The position numbers and the translations under genes were made by a program. A stretch of DNA of 64,000 nucleotides. It comes from Paraphysomonas bandaiensis. Taxonomy: Eukaryota > Protista > Chrysophyceae. Every line of letters begins with the position of its first letter. Position 1 is the first letter of the stretch. The DNA is taken from contig CBFFRP010000185.1 of the NCBI GenBank assembly GCA_965644295.1, forward strand, positions 124,001 to 188,000. Direction: 5' to 3'. The notes under the pieces were generated by a model that worked only from the letters and a program-made list of their open reading frames with translations, ran no database searches and was not told where the DNA came from. Positions 11,030 to 22,015 of the stretch are shown piece by piece.

Positions 11030-12484
11030 TCAAGTCACTCCACCAGGCCTCGGCAAAATCTTTCGCGGCCCTTTGGAATCATCTGCCATCATCTGAGACA
11101 GCTTCTTCATCATCCATTTCCGGGTTTCCGTTGCAACTGCTCCATTATGACCCTGGACATGCTTACACTCCTTCCCTTTGTAGCAGTTCCCATACAACGC
11201 ATACGCAACACAACCACGGGTTGGATTAACAGTCTTCTCCAGGTTCATCACCTGTTCTATAGCTTCCTTATCAGACTCTGGTTCGCCGAGCAACATCTCC
11301 TCAACCTCATTCTCGAAATCATCATCTGACATCCCGTCATCCTTGACCACAACTATCGGGTCAACCTCCTTGTCATCTAAATCACTGTAGAAATCATCCT
11401 CAACTCGGTCCGCAAACTGCACGTTGTTTAAAGATTTCGGTTTCTCCTTTGCAACGTATCCATTGTCCCGATTCCTCGAACTCCTTTGAATTTGCTTCCT
11501 ACTGAAATCGGACCCTTCATAAGGCACCAATCTAATGTTCTTGGACGCCTCATAATGCTCACTCGCCTTGGAAACGTATGTATCCAGAAACTCTTCAACA
11601 TTACCATAATTAGTATCCGTCACTCTTGGAATCTCCGCCAGAATTCGTTTGTTGTAAGACTCGTCGATCAACTCCAAAAATACTTGAGCAGATCCAAACT
11701 CTTTTCCTCCAACCGGCGGACACTTAGTACTATTTGCCTCCATCATGATAGTAAACGTACGCATAAAAATACTCTTTCGCTTCAAAATCTCTTGAAAAAA
11801 CAGCTCATGTGTATTCGGCCGCACTGATTTCCAATCCAGTGGCTTAAAATATCTCAGCGCGTATCGCAAAGTCTCAATGAACTCCACTTTAGACAACACC
11901 TTGGTCTCCTTAGCCATCAGTTCACAAAACTTTTGAGCACTCAGCTTAACAAACATTTTATCCGTCAAGCTATTGTTGAACATAAGCAGGTTCCGAACAC
12001 GCCTGCTAACTATCTGGGCTGGCTCAAGTTTAATCCCATTGATCTGTTCGTATTCAAACCATTGGATGATAAACTTTGTAAAATCGCTGAGCTCCATCGA
12101 ATCCAGAAAAATATGCTTATGTGGCGGTTTTTCAACATTGATAACGACCTGTTTCCTAACCTCTATGTCATCCGAGCCTTGCGCTTCCCTAATAAACACA
12201 GAAGTTCGCCTTTCCTTCTTTTTCTGTTTCGGATCTTCAGCAGATTCATCATCCTGCTCCTCTCGTCTGGCACCGACACTATCATTGACCTCCTGCTGAA
12301 CCGCTGCCAGCTCATCCAGAAACTGTCCCTCTCCTATGGCAACCCTTGTCTCAAGGTGGTCCACCCTACCAGCGGTCGTTGCACACAACTTTGCAACCTC
12401 TCCTAACTCATTAGCGATTACTCTCAACATTCCTTTGATTTCATCCATTTCGGAAGAGACAATGGGACTGCCCGAATCAGACAT
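11030..12484 (-). CDS. gag: Gag-like protein with N-terminal coiled coil and C-terminal Cys/His finger
   Basis: Lies between the 5' LTR and pol, in frame with pol. CVAYALYGNCYKGKECKHVQGH near the C-terminus. Confidence 0.85.
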   Translation of the reverse strand: MSDSGSPIVSSEMDEIKGMLRVIANELGEVAKLCATTAGRVDHLETRVAIGEGQFLDELAAVQQEVNDSVGARREEQDDESAEDPKQKKKERRTSVFIREAQGSDDIEVRKQVVINVEKPPHKHIFLDSMELSDFTKFIIQWFEYEQINGIKLEPAQIVSRRVRNLLMFNNSLTDKMFVKLSAQKFCELMAKETKVLSKVEFIETLRYALRYFKPLDWKSVRPNTHELFFQEILKRKSIFMRTFTIMMEANSTKCPPVGGKEFGSAQVFLELIDESYNKRILAEIPRVTDTNYGNVEEFLDTYVSKASEHYEASKNIRLVPYEGSDFSRKQIQRSSRNRDNGYVAKEKPKSLNNVQFADRVEDDFYSDLDDKEVDPIVVVKDDGMSDDDFENEVEEMLLGEPESDKEAIEQVMNLEKTVNPTRGCVAYALYGNCYKGKECKHVQGHNGAVATETRKWMMKKLSQMMADDSKGPRKILPRPGGVT

Positions 12485-12550
12485 AATTTAAAAAATCTAT
12501 TTCCTTAAAACTATTCTTCACTTATGTGATTTTATCGTGAGTAAATTTAC

Positions 12551-13658
12551 TGTAAACAACTCAGGTCTTGCAACCTAAGATCACTGAAAAGATATGTGAA
12601 ATGGTTGTTTATCGAAACAACAAAACAGAATGCTTATTTAACTTATCACAGCCAGCATATACAAGCTCCCAAGTATCTCGCAACCTTAAGCTCCCAAAAG
12701 GTAGATCAATTAACTTAGCTATGATTAGTTAGATAAAAGAAGTGAGAAGACAGGTTCCTAGTCTAAGACCCCCATAGTACACATGTCAAGCAAACAACCA
12801 GCACCGTTCAATAAATATGACCATACATGCAGTACACTGAATACAGTTCATGTCCCATGTCCATTGTACCCAAAATGCGAACTGAAATAAGCCTAGAAAA
12901 CGTCCTCACAGAAAACCGCCAGTTTACTGGTCCCGAAAAAACCAAAATCCCCGATTTCGGGACCGAAAACCCCAAAACCACCGGTTTTGGAATCTTACAG
13001 TAAAATCTCCGATTTCTGAGCTACAAAGACCCCAAAACAACCAATTCCCGAGTCTTGCAAGAAATCACCAATTATAGAGTCCCAAAAAAACAGAAAACAC
13101 TAGTTTTCGAGTCACTAAAAATTCGCCAGCTCATTTCATGATAAACTCAATCTCATTCCAAACGTTAAATGCATTAACACATATCGATTTCGATTAACAT
13201 TCCCAACGAAAGTTACACCTTCATATCTGTATCATATATCACCCATACCGTCCTCTCGCCATATGCCTAAGGCCCCTTTCCAATTTGTGCACCTTCCGGA
13301 GAAAATTGATGGAGTGTGATAACAGCAAATAGTCGTATAGCTGAGTCCAACGAGCTACTTAAATCGCTATAACACCGACACCGACTACCATATGAATATA
13401 GGTGTATACCAGTGAGTAGAAATCCATTGCTCAAAACCGAAATTGTGTGCTCGAGGGCAAGTCCTAGTACTCTTCTTCCTCACAGTCCTCTCATAATATA
13501 ATAATAAACATTTACTACATTCGTTTCCTATATTAAACCAGCTACATGCCTTAAATGAATATCATAGTTGTATTGGAGTTATATTAGTCAGTGTCATTAT
13601 CATAATATTATATCATTAAACATGAGACAAGGGTGTTATAAAAGCCCACGGCTTTACA
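12551..13658 (-). repeat. 5' LTR (1108 bp)
   Basis: Direct repeat of 5948-7056. Confidence 0.96.
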
Positions 13659-14760
13659 AGGTCGCAGAGATCCTGGAAATTAGTAAGGAGTGGGCTAGAG
13701 TAGTATGGCCGTCTTGTACTGTGCATACGCCAGTGCCATAATCCAGCAGTTAGTAAGCGTTCGATGGCACTGTCAATCGCAATTGTACAGACAGTGTAGT
13801 TATTTTTTCCAAGGATGCGATCGACTTCATGCCAGTCTTCACCCGCAACTGCGTCCGCAATATAGATGCCCTTGTCCTCAAACGTCCACTCCGTTTCATC
13901 TGTGGTACGTCTTTCGGGATGAGACCTCACCCAGGTCACCTGTCGTTTGCAATCTCTGCTGGCTGCGATGCTTTCGAGTAGTACCCCTTTTGCACGGTGA
14001 CCGAGAGCTCTGCGTCTTGTGGAGAGTGCTTCCTCAGTGCGGGTGCACACTGCCTGACAGTCTGTGTGGCTTCTTATGTGTTCGGGAATACGTGTTGAGA
14101 GTATAAGCCCCATGGCTGTGCCTATGAGTTCATATGCGTATGAGTCCAAACCGGGCACGTCACGAAAGGGTGTATCTAGTCGTAGTATTGTGGTTGTACC
14201 ATCTTCCCAGGCATTTTCTGGGGGTAAGTAGACGACCGCTGCACCTCCTCGGTGTGTCCATCGGGTTCGCGGATTGACATGAGTGAGGCGACGAGTGGAG
14301 AGCGCACTGGCTGTGTATGATCCATCTGTGAAGATAGCCTTGAAAGTATCTGGTTGGACACTATTAAGGCCGAGTTCTTGTTTTAGGTTGGTCAGCATGT
14401 GTTCATCCTGTGGTTCGGGGGGCTCAGGTTCCTGAAGGGTAAGGCCCAATTCCGTTCCCCATTCCCTGAGGCTGAGAACATAGTGGTGGTATTGGGGCTG
14501 TGGCTCTGTTGTCTGAGTGAGTAGAAAATGTGCTGCTTGACCTGCTTCTCCCCCGAGGGTTATTGCGCGCTGTAGAGATCCCCATTTTTGCTCCTGCGCT
14601 GAGTCTGTGAAACGTTTCATACCTAATCCGTTGTGCTTGAGTGAGAGGTAGATCAGTTCCGTGGGGTATCCAGGGCCTAGACTGAGGGCCTTTCTGTAGA
14701 GGGTTGCGCAAGCAGCGTCAATTTCTCTGTACCAGTGTAGCGGCCATGAAGCTTTGGTGG
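13659..14760 (-). pseudogene. LINE A ORF: thumb/connection and RNase H domain
   Basis: IFTDGS...GGAAVV...AYELIG...HTDCQ...WVRSHPE...ADAVA gives the RNase H D-E-D-(H)-D pattern. The segment is cut by the LTR insertion at 13658. Confidence 0.88.
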
Positions 14761-17289
14761 CTCTATATAGAGCAAAGTCGGTATGATTTGGGTCTCGATA
14801 ACCATGACTTTACAGCCGGCTGAGGCCTGTTTGATCCCTAGGTGTGTGGTCACGACTTTCAGGTATTTTAGACACCAGTCATGGGAGGCCTTGTCTGTGA
14901 TTGTGAGAGGAAGGTCTGCTCCGAGGTAATGTATCGACTCTAGTGATGTTTGGATAGGGACTGGGTGTGGGCGCCATGACCAGTCGTAGAGAATGATGTA
15001 GCCAATGGGGTCGGAGGACTTGTTGGAATCCTGTAGGATCGGAAACACTGTGCAAACTACTTTGGGGATAGAGAGTTCCATTCCCGAAAGTACGCAGAAC
15101 GCAGATATTTGTTGGGCAATGAGTTGGGCAGCGTGTATGGATTTAGCTATTGTGTTAAGATCATCCGCGAAGGAGATCTTTATTTCGCCTGTAGTCGGAG
15201 TCGTGAGTTGAATAGTTGGTAACGTTGGACTCGTTGTTGACAGTTCAATGTCCAGCCACGTGAGAAGGATGTCGTAGAGTGCCACCCAGGCGCATGTGGA
15301 TTCTGTGCCCCCTTGGGTGATACCCCTTTCGGCTTCGAAACCCAGACTGAATAGTGCAATGAAGTGGCCGTCTGCGGACAGGAGGTCAAGGAGAGAACGT
15401 GGCTCTATGTTGTTTGCCATGAATGGTGTCCAGGGAAATGTTAGACCGCCGGCATCTAAGTTGCCAAACCAGTCAACTACATCGTCCGGAACGCCCAGTC
15501 GTGCCCACGCGAGACGCATGAGGTTAGGCGCAATTGAGTCGAAGGCCTTCTTGAAGTCCCAGAGTGTACATATATGCTGGTCGCCTTTTCGTCTTGCTTC
15601 TTCTGCAGCCGCGAGTACCCGTAGTATCGCTGTGTCCGTCCCGTTCCTCCAGCGATAACCATGCTGGGACGGATGCAAAACTTTCTGTTCCTCCCATACG
15701 GTAAGAATTCTATGAGTGATTATCCTTGTTAATATTTTCCTACTGACTTCAAGCAGACCAATCGGTCGGAGATTAGTGAGGGAGGATTCTCCTGGTTTCT
15801 TGAGAATGGGAGACATTACCCTGTCTCTCCACCAAATGGGCACATGTTTATGTTTCCAGAGAGATCTGGTGAGGATGTAAGCCTCTCGCTGAACTACCGG
15901 TGGCCAGGATTTGACCATGTTGGAGGAGACCATTGAGGGTCCAGGCGCGCGGTTGAAGGATAGAGAGTGAAGTGTGCAGTAGAATTCATCCTGGGTGATG
16001 TCTTTTGCAAGAGTAGATTTGAGTGTGGCTGCCATGGCCGGAGTGGTCTTGGTACAAAGGGCCCGTCGTAACCCCAGTTGCAGGGGAAGAGGAATTTTCG
16101 AGCGGGGGTGGAGTGGTTCCTGGCATGTCGCTGAGCCCGGATCAAGAAGTGATTTCCACCATGTAGGGTCATCCTGGAGCTGTTGTGCTACAGGGTCAAG
16201 TCCAGGAGGTTTGGCATGATGTTCACGGAAGTGCGCATTAATGCCTTCATGAATGTCTTGCGGCGTTGTGAGGATGTGTCCGTCCGTTGTTTTCACCGTG
16301 GTAAGTCGGAGTGGTGTTTTGACCTTGAGACCAATTTTCTGAAGAATTGCTTGAAGTCTTTTCTGCTGTAGCAGTGCCTCCATCTGCTTGGTGCGAGCCG
16401 TGAGTCTAGTCCGCATTTCTGTCCTGGCTCTTCCATGAAGAAGTCCTCTCAGTCGCAAGGCAATTCGGAGAAGGTTTTTCTTGGTGGCTTGCTTTGCGTT
16501 CCAACCCAGGATTACTCGTGGGTCCGCGTTGCGGTGGCTGCACCAGAAGTTGATGTCCGATATGCCTTTGATGTGACCCTGAGAACTCCTGAGATAGGAG
16601 TCCCATCGGGCGAACCATGCAGTGATGATTTCGTGGGTGGGGGTGGTTGCCGGGGGGCCGCGCCATCCATGCCGTTTGTATCCAGCAGAATTGAACATCT
16701 TTTGGATAATCCGCAAAACCATGAGCATTCCTTCCTGTATTACTCTCATTTCCGGGGAAAAGCCATTCTTGAACTTTGAGCGTGTGCGCTGACAACGTTC
16801 GTGTAGGCGTGTGCTATGTGTACATGCAGGACGCTTCGCCTCAAGCGAAGCCTGGAGGGTTATGTGATGGATGGCCGCTAGTCTGTTGGCTGCCACCTCA
16901 GGAGGGAGTATGGCAGTCGATCCGTTGTCTAAATGTGGTAGTTGTGCATGAAGTTGGAGGAGTCTTGCGGTGTATGCCTGTACTGCCTTGGAGTCCTTCG
17001 GGTTTACATTGAGACGGGGGGGGATTCGGAGGTGCGACTCAGGTGGTCGAGGGTCAAGATTGACTGGTACGGTGAAACCGACCCAGACCGGTCGATGATC
17101 GAAGGCTGCTGCGAGTAATGAGGGGGAGTCAAGGCAGCCAGTGTCCGTAACAGACATGTTCGGAGGTAACGGCGTGTGTAGAATATGATCGATCCGCGAT
17201 ATTCCTTTGTCTAATCTGTGGAAGGTATGATATGTTTTCCTGGGTAGGAGAAGCTCATGGAGTGGTGCAGCCAGTTGGAGTTTGTCGGC
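14761..17289 (-). pseudogene. LINE A ORF: C-terminal end of AP endonuclease plus reverse transcriptase
   Basis: APE motifs HTFHR..SRIDHIL and DHRPV. RT motifs RAPGPS, NLRPIGLLE, QHGYR, WDFKKAFDS, GITQGG and SFADDL. A 2-bp frameshift occurs near 14765. Confidence 0.92.
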
Positions 17290-17552
17290 TGGGATGAGGT
17301 TGTTGTTCAGAAAGCTATTCGAAAAAAATAGAATTGAAAGCAATTAAATGGATGCTTTATAATAATAAATTTTGCTGTCTTCTACTACTGAGAATTATTT
17401 ATACATCATATATGAATATAACAAGAACAAAATTTTAAACATGCGCAAATCACCCAAAACTATGGGATTTAAGAAATCCAATAGTCTACAGCCTAAGCAT
17501 ATATAATATTATAATATTATTGGAATACGTATGTTTCCCTAAGATAGAACTG

Positions 17553-18141
17553 TCGCTCAACAAAGTCAGACTCTCACACCCAGAGCAGGGGGATAAGTAC
17601 CGGAGATATTATATTTCTCCGGGAAAGTAATGAGAGCCACATGTATAGTCAGAAGATAGCGTTCTGCTCACTCATAGTCAACTGTTGTGTGGTACAAGGG
17701 ACACTAATAAGTTTATTCGTCGGGTGATTGATGCCTGTTTATTCGTCAAGGCCCAAAGACGTCTACACAAGAAATACTTAATAGTGTCCCTTGTACCACA
17801 CAAGCATTTGGCTATGAGTGGGCAGAACAACAATTGCTGACTATATAATATATGCGGCTCACGTTTGTTTCTCGGAGAAATATCCCCGATATTTATCCCC
17901 CAGCCAGAAAATCACGAAAAGGTGCGAGGGTCCGACTTTTTGTTGAGGGTGAAAAGTCAAACATCCGGGCTGTTCACCTCAAGGACAGAGCGAAAGTGGT
18001 TGCCCCTTGTTGCTTGTGGGGATGCACAAGCAACTTTTTAGTAACTCCACATAATAGTTAAGCACTACTAGTTAATTAAATTGTTTGCTGCATTAGTTCT
18101 GATTCTTACATGCCTATTACTCATAATCAGACATTCACTAC
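17553..18141 (+). mobile_element. Short non-autonomous retroposon (LINE A partner), copy containing an internal inverted 5' half
   Basis: 12-bp TSD AAGATAGAACTG at 17541-17552 and 18142-18153. Ends ...ATAATCAGACATTCACTAC like LINE A. Homologous to 52233-52710 and 60336-60817. 17730-17949 is an inverted 5' half of the same family. Confidence 0.9.
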
Positions 18142-19068
18142 AAGATAGAACTGCATTACTCGTGAAAGACAATATTGAAACAATATATTATATGCAAACG
18201 TGGAAAAAAAAATCCACTTTTTTGACGTGTATTCCTTCTTGTTAAAACTAGCGAGTTACTAGAGTGCTATATTATTGACTAATATTGCAAAAATTAATAT
18301 TATTTCAGTATAAAAATGAGCTCAAATAACCGTTTGATTTTTATGTATGTGAATTTGCTACAAACTAGTTCTAGCTAGTCATTGTATAAACTTAAAACCA
18401 CATAATTACTTAACAGAAGAGCAACAAACATGCAATGCACACTCTACTCTTTTACTTAATGTAAAAAATTGTAATATGTGCGTAGTCAAAATACAAAATA
18501 CTATCTATATTATATATAGATAACTATACAACGGGAGTATCGTGACAATTCTATATACGGAAGTTTATCAGTGATTGCTATCAGAATGCTAAAATTATGG
18601 TGGTGATGAGCTTTATGCGAAATGACACTTGTGAATGCAATTATAATAATGTATTAAAGTAATGTATCAAACTTTCTTCAATGTGGTATATAATTGCCAT
18701 TATTGGATATCAATTAAATGTTGCGCAAGCCTGGTGAATACGATACTACTTGACGACGCATTGTTAAGTGATTAAGTTAATATATGATTTGACAATTTGT
18801 GTCATGCGTTAGTATTTGATTCATGTATAATACGTCACAGCAACGTTATTGATGTATGTAGTATTTCAATATATTAAGACACTTCACTTTCTAATACAGT
18901 TTAATACATCAGAACATGTAGCAATGTATTAACAGTCAACACAACGTCAATTTATGCACACGATGTCGCTTACTCACGACCACCATACACTCTAGTTTGT
19001 ATGAGAATGTAATCTTTATGGTCTTTTTTATATCTAATGAAAAACCATAACAGATAGGTATTTGAATG

Positions 19069-20583
19069 CTATATTGTGGTCGACCCACGTGGATCGCACA
19101 TAACTGGGTGCTCGGGATAAGTGAACGAACGGGCCTCGGTTCTGCGTTTCACAAACTGCGAGGTAAGCAATGTAATATTCGGGTACTGAAGAGTATTGTT
19201 CGCTGGGAGAGTTCGCATGTCATCGTGCTGCTGAGGAATGTGACTTTGGTGGTACTGATGTTTTTCCAGTGGGGCGGAAAGCGTGACTTGCTGACTAGGT
19301 ACCCTTCGCCGTTTCCTTCGGTCATTTTCCGACAATATTCCCAAGGGGGATGTCAGCTGCGAACCTTTCGAAATATTGAGTGAAGAATTCCAGGATTTAT
19401 AATCCTGTTGACTGTGTAGCCCGTGGATTGAGTCCTGGTGGTGTTGGTACATAGGTGCATGTAGCTGCTGCCAGTGAGGTTGTTCCTTGACACCATAGAG
19501 AAAATGTGGCCGTGAATATACATTCATATGTTGACCTGAATGGGAATAATACATGCTAGACGGTTCAGAGGAAGGCTGATATACGCCCTGTACGTCCGTT
19601 AGTATGGTGCCCTGTGCTTGGAACTGAGGCATATGTTTTTGCAGCAATATATGGAGCCTCTCAACCTCGTGAGTTTTCAGTAAATCCCGACTCTCTAGAT
19701 CCAAGAGATTCTCTCCAAGCTTATGAGCGAAGTCTTCAGGTGACCGCACGATTCCCCGCTGCAGCATGCACTTGTAGTTTCCATTGCTTAGTATGTCCTC
19801 AAACCCGTTAGGCCGGTCGATGAGAATAAGTGCAAACTCACATAGCCACAGAGCATCTGTCTCCGAGCGGGCATTGCGACTAAATTTCCCGTTGGGATTA
19901 CTTTTTGATCCTTTACTCATCTGTACTCGGTAAGTATCACATGCGGTCTTGTATATGTGCTTCGGATTTATACGTTTCGTTGAAGACGAGTTCTGTTTTA
20001 GAGCTTGTTGAGCTGCAACCAAAGAGGCAAGCTGATCAGAGCTGCCCTCCTCGAGTGATACGGTAATAGCTCGACCAGCACCTTCCCCTTTGCCTATACC
20101 CTTACATGCAACTAAGAGCGATTTAATATGTTCAGGGTTGGCGGGAACAATGTATACATTATTTTCACCAAGGTGAATTAACTTTAAAGGGATAGGGGGA
20201 GCAGCAGGAGTGGAAGAAATAGAGGGGGTAGAAAAATCTTCGCTTTGCAGCTTTGTATGATAATTCAATCCAGGTTTACCTGAACCATTTGATGGCAATT
20301 CCGATGACGTTGTAGTCATAGTCATTTCTATATCATCAATCTCAACGCACATATCTGCAAGAAAATCCAACGCATCACTTGTAGTAGATGAGCCGGATTC
20401 CGTCTTGATATATCCACGCTTCTGATTAAACGACCCCGATGAGCCCTTCTTTTCAAGACTGCGAGATGAATGCTTCTCGGTATGCTCAAACGTCACGCTC
20501 AGAGACCCAGATGAAGTCTTCTTCTCCAGTACAATACCACCCTTTCGCAAACTCGATTTATAATTCCCAACTGATTCTGTCAT
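19069..20583 (-). CDS. Hypothetical protein, possibly a transcription factor with a weak AP2-like domain
   Basis: 504-aa ORF with Ser- and Gln/His-rich flanks, an NLS-like RRKRRR and a central folded segment KHIYKTACDTYRVQMSKG...KFSRNARSETDALWLCEFA. Confidence 0.6.
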   Translation of the reverse strand: MTESVGNYKSSLRKGGIVLEKKTSSGSLSVTFEHTEKHSSRSLEKKGSSGSFNQKRGYIKTESGSSTTSDALDFLADMCVEIDDIEMTMTTTSSELPSNGSGKPGLNYHTKLQSEDFSTPSISSTPAAPPIPLKLIHLGENNVYIVPANPEHIKSLLVACKGIGKGEGAGRAITVSLEEGSSDQLASLVAAQQALKQNSSSTKRINPKHIYKTACDTYRVQMSKGSKSNPNGKFSRNARSETDALWLCEFALILIDRPNGFEDILSNGNYKCMLQRGIVRSPEDFAHKLGENLLDLESRDLLKTHEVERLHILLQKHMPQFQAQGTILTDVQGVYQPSSEPSSMYYSHSGQHMNVYSRPHFLYGVKEQPHWQQLHAPMYQHHQDSIHGLHSQQDYKSWNSSLNISKGSQLTSPLGILSENDRRKRRRVPSQQVTLSAPLEKHQYHQSHIPQQHDDMRTLPANNTLQYPNITLLTSQFVKRRTEARSFTYPEHPVMCDPRGSTTI

Positions 20584-21241
20584 AGTACCACGAGCTCAGA
20601 GACAAATCCAATGCTATTAATGTATGACAGTAAACGGGACAGGGTAATATATGATACCTATAAGCGATGGGGCATCAATATCGTCCTATATAAACATTAT
20701 GCATTGAATTTGCTCCGCTGTCTGTATGTATTAAAGTGATGCATGTCCATCGGCATTCAAGTCGCGGAATCGTCATCTCCGCACACCACTACGCACGTAC
20801 TTGTGCATGTTGTTGAAGAGATCATAAATCTATTGGGACAAACCCGGTGCTCGTCTGTACTTTCTACAACCTTCGCTGTGATTAGTCGTAAAATTTACAT
20901 TTTTTTAGAGAAACTCATGTTTTTGAGGCGCCAAACACAATATCCCCAATTTTAATGTCAAAAGTAGTTGACTCCAGGCCAAAAAACGTCCTGACTTTCA
21001 TCGACTTGCTGCTGGACATCTAGATCATCATTTCGGCGGCCCCTGATTGGCTATGATTTACGAAAGTTGGAGTTTTGAGAAGGAGTGTTCGAAGCCTCTC
21101 ATCTCGAAGTTCTGTGTGGAATTATTAAGATATGACGCACTTGGTTCATGTTGGTATGATATACATAATTAAATTATGACACAGTTACACTTATAGTCAG
21201 GGACTGATAGTTGACCAAGGGAAGGGCACGGTACGGGACTT

Positions 21242-22015
21242 ATGACTTTAAGCAACTTAGTTTTAACGAAGAAGCAGTTGTGGAGGCGTGTTCAGCTGTC
21301 CCCTAAAAAACAGTCTCATCAAGAATTAACACCTAGCACCACTTCATCGGCGCAGACGAGAGACCGTTCCTCATCTGACTCTAGCACACTGGTTACCGAT
21401 GGGGAGAGAGGTAGCAGCTCCGGTTATACCTCAGATGAATGTCTCACTCCTGCTAACCAAGTGAGAAGACCTCGATGTGTCATGTTCTCCGATATTGCTC
21501 AAGTAGTGTTAGTACCAAGTCGGAGTGAATATTTCGAATGTGGGGCTAATAAAGATGTATGGTGGACACAGGAAGAGTTGCAGGGATTCAAGTCTTCTGC
21601 ACAGTGCGAAGCTGCTTCTGCACTTCAAAAATATGATGGTGATATATACGCTACTCTGCATGCTCTATATCAGCCAGAGACTACGAAACTAAATCAGAGA
21701 AATGCCTTGCATGAAGAGTTTGACGACGGTATTTTCAGTGACAGCTTCTCGAGCTTATCCAGTTCACTGGACAGCACCTCGAACGAGTTTATACACGGCC
21801 CCAAAACCATCAATAGCCCAGCGCGGTATAGAGCAGAGGAGATCAGGACTGCAGCTGGTTTTTGTGCGCACCCAAGTAGTGGTATTGGATTAGGTGCAGC
21901 CATGTTCGAAAGGCGTTTCGGTCCCATTCGTGTTAAAGGGTACACATCACTATATACTGAACAGCTTCCTCGTCCATTGAGACCGAATGAGGGCGCCGTG
22001 ACCGCCCTTTTATGA
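21242..22015 (+). CDS. Hypothetical Ser-rich protein with a VxF...WWxxxEL motif (RVxF-like)
   Basis: 257-aa ORF containing RCVMFSDIAQVVLVPSRSEY...VWWTQEELQGFK, a motif type common in ochrophyte hypothetical proteins. Confidence 0.65.
   Translation: MTLSNLVLTKKQLWRRVQLSPKKQSHQELTPSTTSSAQTRDRSSSDSSTLVTDGERGSSSGYTSDECLTPANQVRRPRCVMFSDIAQVVLVPSRSEYFECGANKDVWWTQEELQGFKSSAQCEAASALQKYDGDIYATLHALYQPETTKLNQRNALHEEFDDGIFSDSFSSLSSSLDSTSNEFIHGPKTINSPARYRAEEIRTAAGFCAHPSSGIGLGAAMFERRFGPIRVKGYTSLYTEQLPRPLRPNEGAVTALL

Larger units (their letters stand above)
5948..13658 (-). mobile_element. Intact Ty3/gypsy LTR retrotransposon with chromodomain (about 7.7 kb)
   Basis: Near-identical 1.1-kb LTRs with TGTAAA...TTTACA ends, 4-bp TSD AGGT (5944-5947 and 13659-13662), a polypurine tract (PPT), and gag followed by PR-RT-RH-IN-chromo. 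Confidence 0.97.
4653..17289 (-). mobile_element. Non-LTR retrotransposon (LINE family A) copy 1: 5'-truncated, APE-RT-RNase H-CCHC, interrupted by an LTR element
   Basis: 14-bp TSD TGGGATGAGGTTGT at 4639-4652 and 17290-17303. Coding motifs as listed in the next features. The 3' part is near-identical to the uninterrupted copy at 25506-27258. Confidence 0.93.

Noticed and set aside
11027-11032. Selenocysteine recoding of the gag UGA
   Set aside because: No SECIS-like AUGA/AA/GA hairpin was identified and there is no redox motif context; ordinary readthrough is simpler.
13616-13658. C-terminus of the 334-aa RNase H ORF as a standalone gene
   Set aside because: The last residues are read-through into the LTR; the true continuation is at 5947 and below.
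17290-17343. N-terminus MLSILFFSNSF of the 888-aa RT ORF
   Set aside because: It lies outside the TSD-defined element: flanking DNA read in frame from a TTG, not a real start.
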